From the UHGV virus genome UHGV-1368742: a stretch of DNA of 50,463 bases. The stretch is one strand, 5' to 3'. Within the stretch, counting starts at the first letter, position 1; each line of letters begins with the position of its first letter. The notes beneath the pieces were generated by a model, which was given only the letters and a program-made list of their open reading frames with translations, made no database searches and was not told the origin of the DNA. This DNA comes from a virus. Shown piece by piece: positions 18,643 to 28,439 of the stretch. Both the position numbers and the translations under genes were made by a program.

Positions 18643-18954
18643 CTATTCTCCTTTATTATATAATGTTTGTAAGATTCTTTCCTCTTTCTTCAACTGGTTT
18701 TTCTTTTTCTCAATACCTTTTAAAATTCTCTCCTTGTTTGTCTCGTTTGTTTCTACACTTGCATTTGCTAGTGCTTTTCTTATTTGTTTTTTCAAAATCA
18801 ATGTTTTTTGGTTATCATAATAAGAATCATATTGTTTTCCACAATTCGGACACACTAGAAAAGTCCTTGTTATGTTTTGTTTTCCAACTTGTTTGTTTTC
18901 TTCCTTTATCATTGGATAAAAGGATATTTGACACTTATCACATGTCACTTTCAA
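18643..18954 (-). CDS. zinc-ribbon protein
   Basis: Cys pairs CDKC...CPNC. Confidence 0.4.
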   Translation of the reverse strand: MKVTCDKCQISFYPMIKEENKQVGKQNITRTFLVCPNCGKQYDSYYDNQKTLILKKQIRKALANASVETNETNKERILKGIEKKKNQLKKEERILQTLYNKGE

Positions 18955-19351
18955 TTATATCACCTCCTGTATATATTGTCAACTCTTTTATGAATATTTT
19001 TCCATTTTCATCATAAAAAGTTTTTCCCTTTGAAACTTCATTGAGTAACTTTCTTTTTTCATTAAGTTTCTTTATGAGTCTGTCCTTTTTCCTTACCTCT
19101 CTAGGACTCACAGTTTCCTTTTTAAGACGTTTTCTCATTGCTTTGATAAATAATGCCTTAATCTCTTTGAACGTCTGTATGGACTCATTATCGTCTATCT
19201 GAACCACTTCTACTTCTTTACATCTTACACACTCGAAATACAAAATAACATAATGTTTTTTATCTTCGTCATATATATCTTTTTTCAGTAATGACTTTGA
19301 ATCCAAACTGTTTACCTCTCCACATTTGTTACATACTCTTTTTACTTCCAT
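18938..19351 (-). CDS. zinc-ribbon protein (paralogous in architecture to 18643..18954)
   Basis: Cys pairs CNKC...CVRC at the N-terminus, basic C-terminus. Confidence 0.4.
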   Translation of the reverse strand: MEVKRVCNKCGEVNSLDSKSLLKKDIYDEDKKHYVILYFECVRCKEVEVVQIDDNESIQTFKEIKALFIKAMRKRLKKETVSPREVRKKDRLIKKLNEKRKLLNEVSKGKTFYDENGKIFIKELTIYTGGDIIESDM

Positions 19352-19366
19352 GTTCTCTCTCCTGTT

Positions 19367-20362
19367 CTACATAAAATCTAACGCATACTTATCAATATCT
19401 GGAAATGTTCCTGTTGGTGAATTATACCACATTCCAATTTTCTTAGCTATGTCTTGCATACTATCTGGAATTACAGCTTCAAAAGTACACATTCCATTTG
19501 GATGGTCTAATGGTAACGCATCCTTTGGGTAAACTCCTTGCCCTAATCCATATTTGTCCTCTTTGGCTCTATTCTCACATATTCTGCATACCCTCCCATG
19601 GAAATTACTTGTTATCCATCTATATCCAATAACGAAAGGGTCATTCTTATTCACCGCTTCAAAACTTTGTTGGTATGCATGTGATACTAATGTTCTAGCA
19701 AGCCTTTGTGCGTTGTAATCAACATGTCCAAAACGAAACTTATCATTTATTGTTTCTCCAACGCTGTTTGCTCTTCCAGAATTCACATCTGTTATTCTTG
19801 CTTTTCTTGTGCTATATATAACCTTACTTGCTTTTCTTGCTTGTGGGTCTACATAGCTTTCAATATCAAGTGCTATTTCATATGCGCTTTTTCCTTGTGC
19901 TGTTCCTATTGATATTATTTTGTTTATGCTTTCCTGTGTTTGTTTGTTATAGCCCCATATTGCTTTACTTAGTGTCCAATTATCTTGATATATATTTCCT
20001 GTTATGATGTTCCTAACAATTTGGTCTGGAACATACTTAAATGCTTCATGTATATCTGAATCCTTAAAACCACAATACTTTAAAAATGTTCTAGTGTCAT
20101 ACACCACCGCTTCCGAAACTGTTGTCATACTTCTAACAACTCCATTTTTAATATCTTCATTTAGTTGTTGTATTCTTTTTGTTATGCTCCGCTTTAACAA
20201 TACGAGATTTTGTTTTTGCATGTTTCCATTACCCATACTTGCTATTTGTTTTGTAACATCTTTGTACAGATGCTCATACATTTGTTTTATGTCTTTTTGC
20301 ATCTGTACTGTTGTTGTTTGTCTTACTTGTTCTGCATTTTTTAAACTAAACTTCTGCGCCAT
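19367..20362 (-). CDS. minor head protein (SPP1 gp7 / Mu F family)
   Basis: 331-aa ORF directly after portal. C-terminal Cys/His-containing segment typical of SPP1 gp7 family. Confidence 0.65.
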   Translation of the reverse strand: MAQKFSLKNAEQVRQTTTVQMQKDIKQMYEHLYKDVTKQIASMGNGNMQKQNLVLLKRSITKRIQQLNEDIKNGVVRSMTTVSEAVVYDTRTFLKYCGFKDSDIHEAFKYVPDQIVRNIITGNIYQDNWTLSKAIWGYNKQTQESINKIISIGTAQGKSAYEIALDIESYVDPQARKASKVIYSTRKARITDVNSGRANSVGETINDKFRFGHVDYNAQRLARTLVSHAYQQSFEAVNKNDPFVIGYRWITSNFHGRVCRICENRAKEDKYGLGQGVYPKDALPLDHPNGMCTFEAVIPDSMQDIAKKIGMWYNSPTGTFPDIDKYALDFM

Positions 20363-20384
20363 TGTTTACATCACCCTGACCATT

Positions 20385-21947
20385 TTATTCTTCAAGTTTT
20401 GTTTGTGTTTCAATTTGTTGTACATTCTTTTCGACTTGCTGTTTTGTTCCAATGTTTTCAAGTTCTCCCTGTACTTGTGTATTCATGCTCATGCTATCAA
20501 ACATATTGTTTTCTATTGCTATCTGCATAAGTTCATCATCAATCTGTGCATCTGTTTTGAATTCATCCTTTCTCCACTTCTTAATGTATGACTTTCTACT
20601 TCTAGCATTTGCCGCAATCTCTGAAAGGTCTGACGCTTTTTCATCATCTTCATCTTCCATAAGTGCATAATGTTCTAAAATATTAATGTTATACTGTATT
20701 TCGTCCAATCCTGTCAAAACATATTTTGAAACAACTTCATCTTTGTTTAACATTGCAATATCAAGAATACATTTAACAATAAACTCTAACGCTGGTATCC
20801 ATGCTTTCATTTTTTCATCACATCTTACTTGCAATGGATAATAAAGTGCTTTCAATGCTTTTCCGCTTGTTATTGTCCCCGCCATTGTTTCTTCTGAAAT
20901 GTTTGGAATATCAAGTTCACCGTACATTGTTGTTTTAATTCTATCAAGTGTCGTTTTGACACTTTCTGTATGGTTCATCTGTGGTGCTAATGTTCCAACT
21001 AACGGATGAACTTCATTTTGGTTTTGTTCTGAACGTAAATCCCAGTACGCTCCCGCTCCACTACTTAGATTTGCTGTAGTCTCTGCATTCATATCAACTG
21101 TATAACGAATAGGATTCATTCCTTTTCTTTCGCTGTCTATATCCGCATTTCCTAATCTACTGTACCCAGCTTCATACATTGCTAAATCTTCAATTTCTGA
21201 TATTCCTAATTCATCAAACAATGTTCCATCATTCAGAATAACAACTGCTGGGATATATTCCAACTCTAATATTTGTTCTGGTACAACCTTTTGTTCTACA
21301 TTGCCGATTCCATTGTATAGTGTTGAGCTAAAGTATATTTGTCCATTTATTTCTTCATATCTGTTTACTAAATATTTCTTCTGTTTTGTTTGTTTTGTTC
21401 TATTTACGCTTTTAAAACTTATAAATTTTGTTAATCTGTCTGAATCATAATCTGTCTCATAATAAAACTGCAAACTATTATAAAAATGTGCTTGTATTCC
21501 ATCCTGTTCTGAAAAGTCCACCAAACATGCTACACGTTTTCCGATAAAGCAATCTTTTGCACTTTGTAACAGTGTTCTTGAAAAACCACTTTTTTTTAGA
21601 ACTTTATTTACCAGTGTTTGGTATTGTTGTACTTGTTGTTCATTTTCTTCATCAACATAATTTTGTTGAATTAAAAAATCTGGTGTTTGACTAAACATGA
21701 ATCTTGCTTCTTTATCTATCAATGTTTTAGCAATCTTAAACCTAACATCTGATGCTACATAATCTCCCGCTGTTCCCTCTGTTATAAATTCAGCACCTTT
21801 TTTATAGTCCATATAGTTCTGTTGTATCTGTAACAATTCCTGTGTATATAAATTATATCCTTCTTCTATTTCATTTCTTAAAACAAAATAAGGAAAATTT
21901 CTTAATGCTTGTATTACTTCAACACTATGTTGTTTATTACTAGCCAT
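20385..21947 (-). CDS. portal protein (SPP1 gp6-like)
   Basis: 520 aa. Size, position and N-terminal pattern fit the SPP1-type portal. Confidence 0.8.
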   Translation of the reverse strand: MASNKQHSVEVIQALRNFPYFVLRNEIEEGYNLYTQELLQIQQNYMDYKKGAEFITEGTAGDYVASDVRFKIAKTLIDKEARFMFSQTPDFLIQQNYVDEENEQQVQQYQTLVNKVLKKSGFSRTLLQSAKDCFIGKRVACLVDFSEQDGIQAHFYNSLQFYYETDYDSDRLTKFISFKSVNRTKQTKQKKYLVNRYEEINGQIYFSSTLYNGIGNVEQKVVPEQILELEYIPAVVILNDGTLFDELGISEIEDLAMYEAGYSRLGNADIDSERKGMNPIRYTVDMNAETTANLSSGAGAYWDLRSEQNQNEVHPLVGTLAPQMNHTESVKTTLDRIKTTMYGELDIPNISEETMAGTITSGKALKALYYPLQVRCDEKMKAWIPALEFIVKCILDIAMLNKDEVVSKYVLTGLDEIQYNINILEHYALMEDEDDEKASDLSEIAANARSRKSYIKKWRKDEFKTDAQIDDELMQIAIENNMFDSMSMNTQVQGELENIGTKQQVEKNVQQIETQTKLEE

Positions 21948-21979
21948 TTAATATTATACTCCTTTCTATTATATAATAT

Positions 21980-22008
21980 ATTATAATATATAAATACATA
22001 TAAGTCAA
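21980..22008 (-). promoter_or_regulatory. consensus promoter upstream of portal (TTGACT-N17-TATAAT)
   Basis: Minus strand reads TTGACTtatatgtatttatatatTATAAT, then RBS GAAAGGAG and the portal ATG. Confidence 0.5.
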
Positions 22009-22033
22009 TAATTATTTTATGTTTTATATATAA

Positions 22034-22056
22034 CAAAAGGGTGGATTTCTCCACCC
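22034..22056 (-). terminator. rho-independent terminator after the endolysin gene
   Basis: gggtgga-tttc-tccaccc is a 7-bp stem, followed on the minus strand by a T-rich run. Confidence 0.6.
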
Positions 22057-22080
22057 AATAAATGTTTGTTTCGTTTTGTT

Positions 22081-22995
22081 TTAGAACAACTGGAATCTGT
22101 CCATTGGTACTCCAAAAGCACCAGCGTATCCATCTTGTCCACCTGTTGTTTCGTCATTATACTGCCATGAATAATATCCTCGTTTAACTGGTGATATTCT
22201 GTACTGTGCTTTCTGCCAACTTCCTACTGGTGGATGATAGATAACTTGTACTGCATCAATAACTCTTCCAATACCAGCATAACCATTGTTCGAATCACTC
22301 CAATTACATCCCGAAACAAAAGGCAGCCATCTTCCACCAAGAACATGTACTCTGTATGAAACCGAACCAACATCACATTTAATTGCAATATCTGTTATCT
22401 TTCTGCCTTGTACTCCCGCAAAGTCCTGTAAGTTTCTTACAAATGGATAAATTGTTCCACCCTCAACCCTCACTGCATATGTAAAGTTAACTGGAACATT
22501 GTAATGCCCTCCACTTGCCTGCGGCTTCTGTACTTCTGGTTGCTTTATTCCGTCACCATAATCAATATCACAGAGTTTCAATAAATCTGTAAATCTGTTT
22601 TGTGATAAATTTGCAATTCTAACACCATATGCTGAACCATCTGCGGCAATATATGTATCATTTCCAAGATACACTCCAATATGTCCATTCATCCATACCG
22701 CCCAACCAATATGGTTGTTTGTTCTTTGTGATATTGGAATAACTTCTACCGCTGTACTCTTATATTGTCCACTACCTCTTATAATACCAGTATACCAGCT
22801 TATAAGTCCACTACAATCTACACAAACCTTTCCAGCTTTGTTATCATCACTATACCAAACACAGTTAGAACCATACATTCTTCTTAATTCACGTATTTGT
22901 TCCAAACTCATTACAGTTCCTTTTGCTCCATATACATACGGAGTTCCAATCTTACTTTTTGCAAATTCAATTAACCCTTGTGCTGTTTTACTCAT
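22081..22995 (-). CDS. endolysin: N-terminal NlpC/P60 peptidase plus C-terminal cell-wall-binding domain
   Basis: Catalytic Cys in VCVDCSGLISWY and His in NGHIGVYLG match the NlpC/P60 signature. About 150-aa C-terminal domain. Confidence 0.75.
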   Translation of the reverse strand: MSKTAQGLIEFAKSKIGTPYVYGAKGTVMSLEQIRELRRMYGSNCVWYSDDNKAGKVCVDCSGLISWYTGIIRGSGQYKSTAVEVIPISQRTNNHIGWAVWMNGHIGVYLGNDTYIAADGSAYGVRIANLSQNRFTDLLKLCDIDYGDGIKQPEVQKPQASGGHYNVPVNFTYAVRVEGGTIYPFVRNLQDFAGVQGRKITDIAIKCDVGSVSYRVHVLGGRWLPFVSGCNWSDSNNGYAGIGRVIDAVQVIYHPPVGSWQKAQYRISPVKRGYYSWQYNDETTGGQDGYAGAFGVPMDRFQLF

Positions 22996-23047
22996 ATACC
23001 TCTATAACCTCCTAGAATACCCCTAGAATCAATTCTAATATAATCCC

Positions 23048-23296
23048 TTAGACTTCCTTAGATTCAACCTCTGGAATTCCTGCAACACTCGTTAATAAGC
23101 TTAGGATGCCTGTTACGATTGCTGTACTTACTACTACTTTCCAATCAACTGTACCGATTGTTGTTGATACTCCAATAGTTGCAACTGCTGACTGTGCCAT
23201 AGATTTTACTGCTCTTACAACTGCCGCTTTCATCCATTTCTTCGTATTTACAGAAACTTTAAATACACAATTCTTAAACATGTTTTTTACCTCCAT
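23048..23296 (-). CDS. holin (SPP1/XhlB-type, two transmembrane helices)
   Basis: 82 aa. Two hydrophobic helices (AVVRAVKSMAQSAVATIGV; VVVSTAIVTGILSLLTSVAG), charged C-terminus. Directly upstream of the endolysin. Confidence 0.65.
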   Translation of the reverse strand: MEVKNMFKNCVFKVSVNTKKWMKAAVVRAVKSMAQSAVATIGVSTTIGTVDWKVVVSTAIVTGILSLLTSVAGIPEVESKEV

Positions 23297-23600
23297 TTTC
23301 TAATTTACATAATTCTAATGCATGTTTTGTTTCATCTATTTCTTTTTCATTTCTCTCTATTGCATCCCACTGTTGTTTTTGTCCTTTTCTTACATGTTCT
23401 TTATATTCTTCTATCTCTTTGTTTTGTTTTTCTAGTTTCTCATTTTGTTCTTTTATTTCTTTTGCCAACTGTTCAACTCTTAGTGTTAATTTTGTCATTG
23501 CTTTTGTGTTTTCACTTAGTGGTCTGTATATCGCTGTGAATACTCCGATTAGAGAACTTAACCCTATTACCACAATACCAATCATTTCCGCAGTTGTCAC
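23274..23600 (-). CDS. membrane-anchored coiled-coil protein (XhlA-like lysis accessory candidate)
   Basis: N-terminal transmembrane segment IGIVVIGLSSLIGVFTAIY, then a K/E-rich coiled coil. Overlaps the holin start. Confidence 0.4.
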   Translation of the reverse strand: MTTAEMIGIVVIGLSSLIGVFTAIYRPLSENTKAMTKLTLRVEQLAKEIKEQNEKLEKQNKEIEEYKEHVRKGQKQQWDAIERNEKEIDETKHALELCKLENGGKKHV

Positions 23601-23678
23601 ATTGTTATACCTCCTAATTAGTCAATAAATTTATTATTATTTTTACCATTGTGTTATATTCTTAATTAACTATATCCC

Positions 23679-25691
23679 CTAATTAATTCCCCATCTATCT
23701 CCATTTATTATAATTTTATTGTTTTGAGCTAATAAACTATTCATAGCCACATTACATTCAACAAAATCCGATTGTTCATTTTTGGCTACAACAAAATCAA
23801 AAACGTTTTTTTTCGTAGAACCCTCTAAAAATATGCCATAAACAGAATATGCGCCGTCTGTTTCACCATCAATGATAATACCACTTAATTTGCAAAATGA
23901 AGAATTCAATATTTTTATATGTGCTGTGTCATATTCATTTACCTTTCCTGCATTATTCCAATCACTTTGGAATGATTCAATTAAACATCTTGACGTATTA
24001 TTTATAACCAACGCATTTCTATAATTCTGCTGCGCTGTACATCCTATCAGCGAATTATTAATACTTTCAACTAGATAACCAGCATTTTCATTGTTAGCCT
24101 TATTGCACAATCCCATTCTGCAATTTCTGACCACGTTATTGGCTGATTGCAAACATACACCCGACCACTGTATTTGAATCCCTACACACTCAATTATAAA
24201 ATTATCTGTACCTTGAATATAAATGGCATGTCTACTACAATCTTTTATATAAAGATTTTTTAAAAAAGAGCCTCTGCATTTTCCACCAATTCTCACACCA
24301 TATGTCACATTTTTTATATCACAATCCTTTATAATTCCATGCGTGTCATATCGTTCCAATTTTTCTTCGGATGTTGCTTGCAAATATACGCCAACGCATT
24401 TGCCACCACCATTAATCGATATGCTTTCTACAACGCAATCATATGAACCATCTTTACTTGAAACTACAGCCATCAACACATCAGTATTATCACCTACATA
24501 TTTAATTATTGTATTGTGTCTTTGTTCTCCTATAATTTTATGTTTTGATTGTAATAAAATAGTATCTGATACAACATACTCGCCATTTGGAAAATATACA
24601 ACATAGTTTGATTTAACCGCATTTTTTATAGCGATTGTATCATCTGTAATACCATCACCGACAGCGCCATAATTTTTTACATTTATAGGATAATATGATA
24701 TTTCGCTATCCTTAAAATAAATAAAACAATATTTAAGAAATTTAACACCACAGCACACTCTAATATAACCATTTGACGGTACGGTAAACAACCCATTTTT
24801 TGTTGCACCTCCCTTAACAACATTCACTGTATCAAATGTTTTCCAATCTTTATCAGTGTAAAAAGACAAAACTGCAATAGCTTCATCACCACCAATAAGA
24901 TTATACGCTATTATACTCCCAGCATTTACAGGTATAAAATTAGTGCTTTTATAATCACTAGCGTCTTCTGCCCATCCACTTTTAGAGGATATTAATTTGT
25001 TATTAATCAGCTCTTTTTTTAAATCAAAAAACCTCTTGCTGTAATAACTTGAATCTTCCTTTAATTGATTAACATCATTTGTCAACTCTGTATAATCACT
25101 TGGAATTGTCTCTATTACATCTTGTGCTTTCTTTTCAATTTCTGCTTTCTGTTCATTTGCAACTTTTAACAACTCTGCTTCTAACTGATTATAATAATCC
25201 TTTGCTACTTGCTCCTGTTCCTGTGTTCCATTTGCTTCTAGTCCCTCTAACACTATACCATTAGCTAGTGTTGTATTCCATTCATTTGTTATTGTTCCAT
25301 CTGATTTTGTTTTAATAGCACAAACAATAAAAGAAATAATTCCTTTATATGCTGTTACTTTTCTGCTCAATTCCCAACTGAATGTTACATATTTTTCTCC
25401 ATCTGCTGCTAGGTCTGTAACAATATATTTGTCTTTTCCTGTGTCCAAACCACTCGCATTCTGAAAAACAATTCTTAAAGACAGCTTGCTTAGGTCTATT
25501 CCATTACCAACAAACCTATTACAACTGAAATATTTTCTTTCACCTTTTTCATCACTCATAACACCGAATATTCTTTCTGTGTCTGGAATAATCATTGTTC
25601 TTGTATCTGCGTCTATCACTATTATATCATTTGTTTCTAATTCATTTACTGCCACTTCTGCCGCATTTAGCAATTCATCTACACTAGGCAC
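23679..25691 (-). CDS. tail spike / depolymerase-like protein with right-handed beta-helix (pectate-lyase fold)
   Basis: Motif YPINVKNYGAVGDGITDDTIAIKNAV...YFPNGEYVVSDTILLQS matches the Pectate_lyase_3 / beta-helix signature. Asn/Gly/Cys-rich repeats follow. Confidence 0.6.
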   Translation of the reverse strand: MPSVDELLNAAEVAVNELETNDIIVIDADTRTMIIPDTERIFGVMSDEKGERKYFSCNRFVGNGIDLSKLSLRIVFQNASGLDTGKDKYIVTDLAADGEKYVTFSWELSRKVTAYKGIISFIVCAIKTKSDGTITNEWNTTLANGIVLEGLEANGTQEQEQVAKDYYNQLEAELLKVANEQKAEIEKKAQDVIETIPSDYTELTNDVNQLKEDSSYYSKRFFDLKKELINNKLISSKSGWAEDASDYKSTNFIPVNAGSIIAYNLIGGDEAIAVLSFYTDKDWKTFDTVNVVKGGATKNGLFTVPSNGYIRVCCGVKFLKYCFIYFKDSEISYYPINVKNYGAVGDGITDDTIAIKNAVKSNYVVYFPNGEYVVSDTILLQSKHKIIGEQRHNTIIKYVGDNTDVLMAVVSSKDGSYDCVVESISINGGGKCVGVYLQATSEEKLERYDTHGIIKDCDIKNVTYGVRIGGKCRGSFLKNLYIKDCSRHAIYIQGTDNFIIECVGIQIQWSGVCLQSANNVVRNCRMGLCNKANNENAGYLVESINNSLIGCTAQQNYRNALVINNTSRCLIESFQSDWNNAGKVNEYDTAHIKILNSSFCKLSGIIIDGETDGAYSVYGIFLEGSTKKNVFDFVVAKNEQSDFVECNVAMNSLLAQNNKIIINGDRWGIN

Positions 25692-25704
25692 TTCTTACAC
25701 CTCC

Positions 25705-26013
25705 TTATGTTTGTTCTATATATGTTCTGTTTGTTGTTATTCTTGTTTTGTTGCTTTTCCCTGTTAGTTCAAAGTAAAACATACTTCCATGTGTTACATC
25801 CACTGGAACTGTTACTCTATCCTGTATAATCTCATTCGTTTGTTTTCCATCTACATCATAGAAACTTATAACTCTTTTTGTTTCTTTCCAGTCATTGTCA
25901 AAATGGAATACCAAACATAAATAATTATCAGAACCTCTTACAATGTTTTCAAAATCACATTGTTTGTTTCGTCTTAATAACTGACCAGCAACATCAAAAT
26001 GTAATTCTCTCAT
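25705..26013 (-). CDS. hypothetical fibre-associated protein (XkdW-like position)
   Basis: 102-aa ORF. Synteny only. Confidence 0.3.
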   Translation of the reverse strand: MRELHFDVAGQLLRRNKQCDFENIVRGSDNYLCLVFHFDNDWKETKRVISFYDVDGKQTNEIIQDRVTVPVDVTHGSMFYFELTGKSNKTRITTNRTYIEQT

Positions 26014-26270
26014 AAGCCTGTACCTCTTCTAATTATTCCGCTTGCCACTGTTCTTTCTACTGTTTCATCATGTTCTATATTCAATGGTTCTGAATCATAT
26101 GTTGCAAATACTGGATCTCTTTCTTCAATGATTGCCATACATAATTCTATTCCATTATATATTCCGCAACTATAATCATCACCAATGTTTTGTTCTTGTA
26201 TACCTCTTAGTTGTTTTATACTGTTCTTAACTGTTTTTAACTTCTTCCAACTTCTCAACATTCTTAACAC
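26010..26270 (-). CDS. hypothetical small protein (XkdX-like position)
   Basis: 86-aa ORF. Synteny only. Confidence 0.3.
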   Translation of the reverse strand: MLRMLRSWKKLKTVKNSIKQLRGIQEQNIGDDYSCGIYNGIELCMAIIEERDPVFATYDSEPLNIEHDETVERTVASGIIRRGTGL

Positions 26271-26455
26271 CTCCTATAAGCTTCTATTTACCGCTTATAT
26301 GCTATTTTTATTGCTTACCCTTACAACTCCTAACCATGCTTGCTGTTTGTCTTTATTTGCTTGATATCGGCTACTGTATATTGGTCTAACGCATACCACA
26401 AGGCACTACGTTTCTTCGATAGGCTTTTTATCCTACCCTCTTGCAGTTTCTATTC

Positions 26456-27199
26456 CTACAAGTCTAGCATACCTATTAACTTCTTATAATTTAGAATACG
26501 AACTTTATATTTCCCTCTCACTGTCCAATTCTTCTGAATAGCCTGTGTTATATTTACTTTTCCATTGAAGAATTTCATCGCTTCTGTCTTTGAATAGAAA
26601 TAATACTTTTTATGAGTTTCAATATCAGTTATAACGATTGAATGGTACATGCATTTTTTATTTATCTTTAACACTCTTTCTAAATTTGTATCTTGTAACA
26701 AATAATATTCTTTGCACCTTGTATTCAACCCTCTAAATGTTCTATGCAATTCATCCTGTGCTTCTTTCATATTTGTAAAAGCTCCTACAAAATTCAATCT
26801 AAAATCGTACACATAACACTTTCCTTTTCCATTAGCACCCCACATTTTCTCTACAGTGTTTTCATTAGCCATGTTTTCTTTTTGTGTACACCATCTAAGA
26901 TTGTTTGGTTTGTTATTCAGTTTGTTCCCATCTATATTGTCAACAATGTTTCTTTCTTCTGTATGACCTTTTACAAATGCATAAGCCATTAATCTATGCA
27001 CAAAACATTTTTTCCATCTTCTTTCACCTTGTAGCTTCAATGCTACCTGTTTATATCCACTACTATTAAAACTCTGTACCAATTCCATTCCATCTTTTCC
27101 ATAGACATTTCCATATTTGTCTATTTCATATATATCTAATACTTGTTCATATTCTGTTGCTAATGTATTTACTTTCTTTCTCTCATACATCACTGGCAA
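26456..27199 (-). CDS. free-standing HNH homing endonuclease (HNH_3 family)
   Basis: VHRLMAYAFV...VDNIDGNKLNNKPNNLRWCTQKEN matches the HNH_3 motif. Annotated start is TTG; an ATG 9 nt downstream has a better RBS (AGGAGG). Confidence 0.7.
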   Translation of the reverse strand: MPVMYERKKVNTLATEYEQVLDIYEIDKYGNVYGKDGMELVQSFNSSGYKQVALKLQGERRWKKCFVHRLMAYAFVKGHTEERNIVDNIDGNKLNNKPNNLRWCTQKENMANENTVEKMWGANGKGKCYVYDFRLNFVGAFTNMKEAQDELHRTFRGLNTRCKEYYLLQDTNLERVLKINKKCMYHSIVITDIETHKKYYFYSKTEAMKFFNGKVNITQAIQKNWTVRGKYKVRILNYKKLIGMLDL

Positions 27200-27271
27200 C
27201 CTCCTTTATAATATTGTCGCAATAGCTCTTGGGAACATTATTCTTTCGTCAGTTCCTATGCGTTGCACGTG

Positions 27272-27598
27272 TCAAACAGCCATACGCTGTAAGACTTCCG
27301 TTCTGGTCTGCATTTCAGCCTTTCCAGTTTTTTCTATCGCTTTATACACCCCTAGTCTTGTGGTATTTTTAAAGGTGTGAGCATCTATGTTAAATTCATC
27401 ATATATTACATTGCCTTTTGCATCCCTTGCATACGTTAAATCTTTCAATTCCTTTATTGTGTTTCTACACTTAGGAGAACATATAACCTTCTTAAAACGT
27501 TTTATCTTCTTTGTGTTCTGTAGTCTACTTCCCGCATACTTTTTACAAGCATACATATTGAATCCCTCTTGTCTATAATACTGTATTGACTTTGGTTC
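27272..27598 (-). CDS. terL: terminase large subunit, 3' exon (nuclease C-terminus)
   Basis: The frame is open from the stop at 27602 and reads [29 protein letters not shown]...[26 protein letters not shown]. This matches the TerL consensus ADSAEPKSI...AKKG.GS...C.N.I.EL..Y.W..DK.GN. The exact 5' boundary is ambiguous (27589 or 27598). Confidence 0.6.
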   Translation of the reverse strand, partial: EPKSIQYYRQEGFNMYACKKYAGSRLQNTKKIKRFKKVICSPKCRNTIKELKDLTYARDAKGNVIYDEFNIDAHTFKNTTRLGVYKAIEKTGKAEMQTRTEVLQRMAV

Positions 27599-28439
27599 TA
27601 TTTATATTCTATGCGGTTCGCTACTCCGCACACGTTCTCTAATGAACTGCTGTAATTCTCATTACAGATTAGACTATATCTTAGCATTTCTGCTCCACAT
27701 GTTTCGGAACGCTTGTTCCTACTCTACTTACTTCCATTACATTTTCCATATCTAACATAATGTGTTTTCGATAGTCGTTGAATAGCTTGTTCTTTCGAAA
27801 GTTTTTTATATGAAAACAAATAACCTTTATGTTGTCTTTCTATTCCTCTACAGACATTTGCAACATGACTTCTATTAAATCCATCATAACTTGCTTCTGT
27901 TGTTGAAACATAGCTTCTAATATAATTCCCATCTAAATCATATTTATAAACTGTCTTCGCTAAACTCCAATTGTTATTCTCTCTAGGAGTTACCCAATTT
28001 AAGTTGTCTGCATTGTTATTCTTTCTATCTTCATCTTTATGATTGACATATTTTCTTTTTGACGTTCTCCCTTTTACAAACGCCAACGCTACTAACCTAT
28101 TAACACGCAAATAGTTTGTTTTATTATGTTTCGTTGTCAATGCTACGTTTAAATAACCGCCTGTCTTTTCATACTGCTTTAGCTCGTGTCTATTACTCAT
28201 ACTCACGTTCCCATGCTTATCTCTTAACGAAAATACTCTGCCATCATACGAAACATAATATCCATCATTTATATGTTCTAATCCTTTTATTTTATTTATT
28301 TGTTTTACTTTCATATATTTATTCCTCCGTTTACTTTAAACTACTACTGGTTGACTAATCCATTGAATTGTCACTCTATGGTATCAATGGCTCTAAAGTG
28401 TTTCCAGTATTCAATGTGGTTTTATGCGACCAAACCTTT
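27599..28439 (-). mobile_element. group I intron in terL carrying an HNH homing endonuclease gene (boundaries +/-10 nt)
   Basis: It separates TerL ...IYADAA(KG) from EPKSI.... It contains the conserved group I P7/J8-7-like element gcuAAGAUAUAGUCuaauc (plus strand 27640s-27660s). The 5' exon can end in U (GCU or GGU). Contains ORF 27724..28314. Confidence 0.5.
27724..28314 (-). CDS. intron-encoded HNH homing endonuclease (HNH_3 plus NUMOD-like C-terminus)
   Basis: LVALAFVKG...VNHKDEDRKNNNADNLNWVTPREN matches HNH_3. The C-terminus YDGFNRSHVANVCRGIERQHKGYLFSY is shared with the 40475..41569 N-domain. RBS GGAGGA. Confidence 0.75.
   Translation of the reverse strand: MKVKQINKIKGLEHINDGYYVSYDGRVFSLRDKHGNVSMSNRHELKQYEKTGGYLNVALTTKHNKTNYLRVNRLVALAFVKGRTSKRKYVNHKDEDRKNNNADNLNWVTPRENNNWSLAKTVYKYDLDGNYIRSYVSTTEASYDGFNRSHVANVCRGIERQHKGYLFSYKKLSKEQAIQRLSKTHYVRYGKCNGSK

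Noticed and set aside
26010-26270. Third terL exon downstream of the second HNH gene
   Set aside because: TerL exon 2 ends weakly relative to the DxxNHxxDAxRY consensus, so I looked for a continuation in 26271..26455 and 26010..26270. I found no matching frame.
27724-28314. Possibility that the terL interruption is an intein
   Set aside because: Stop codons separate the terL frame from the HNH ORF on both sides. The HNH ORF has its own RBS, so it is not an in-frame protein insertion.
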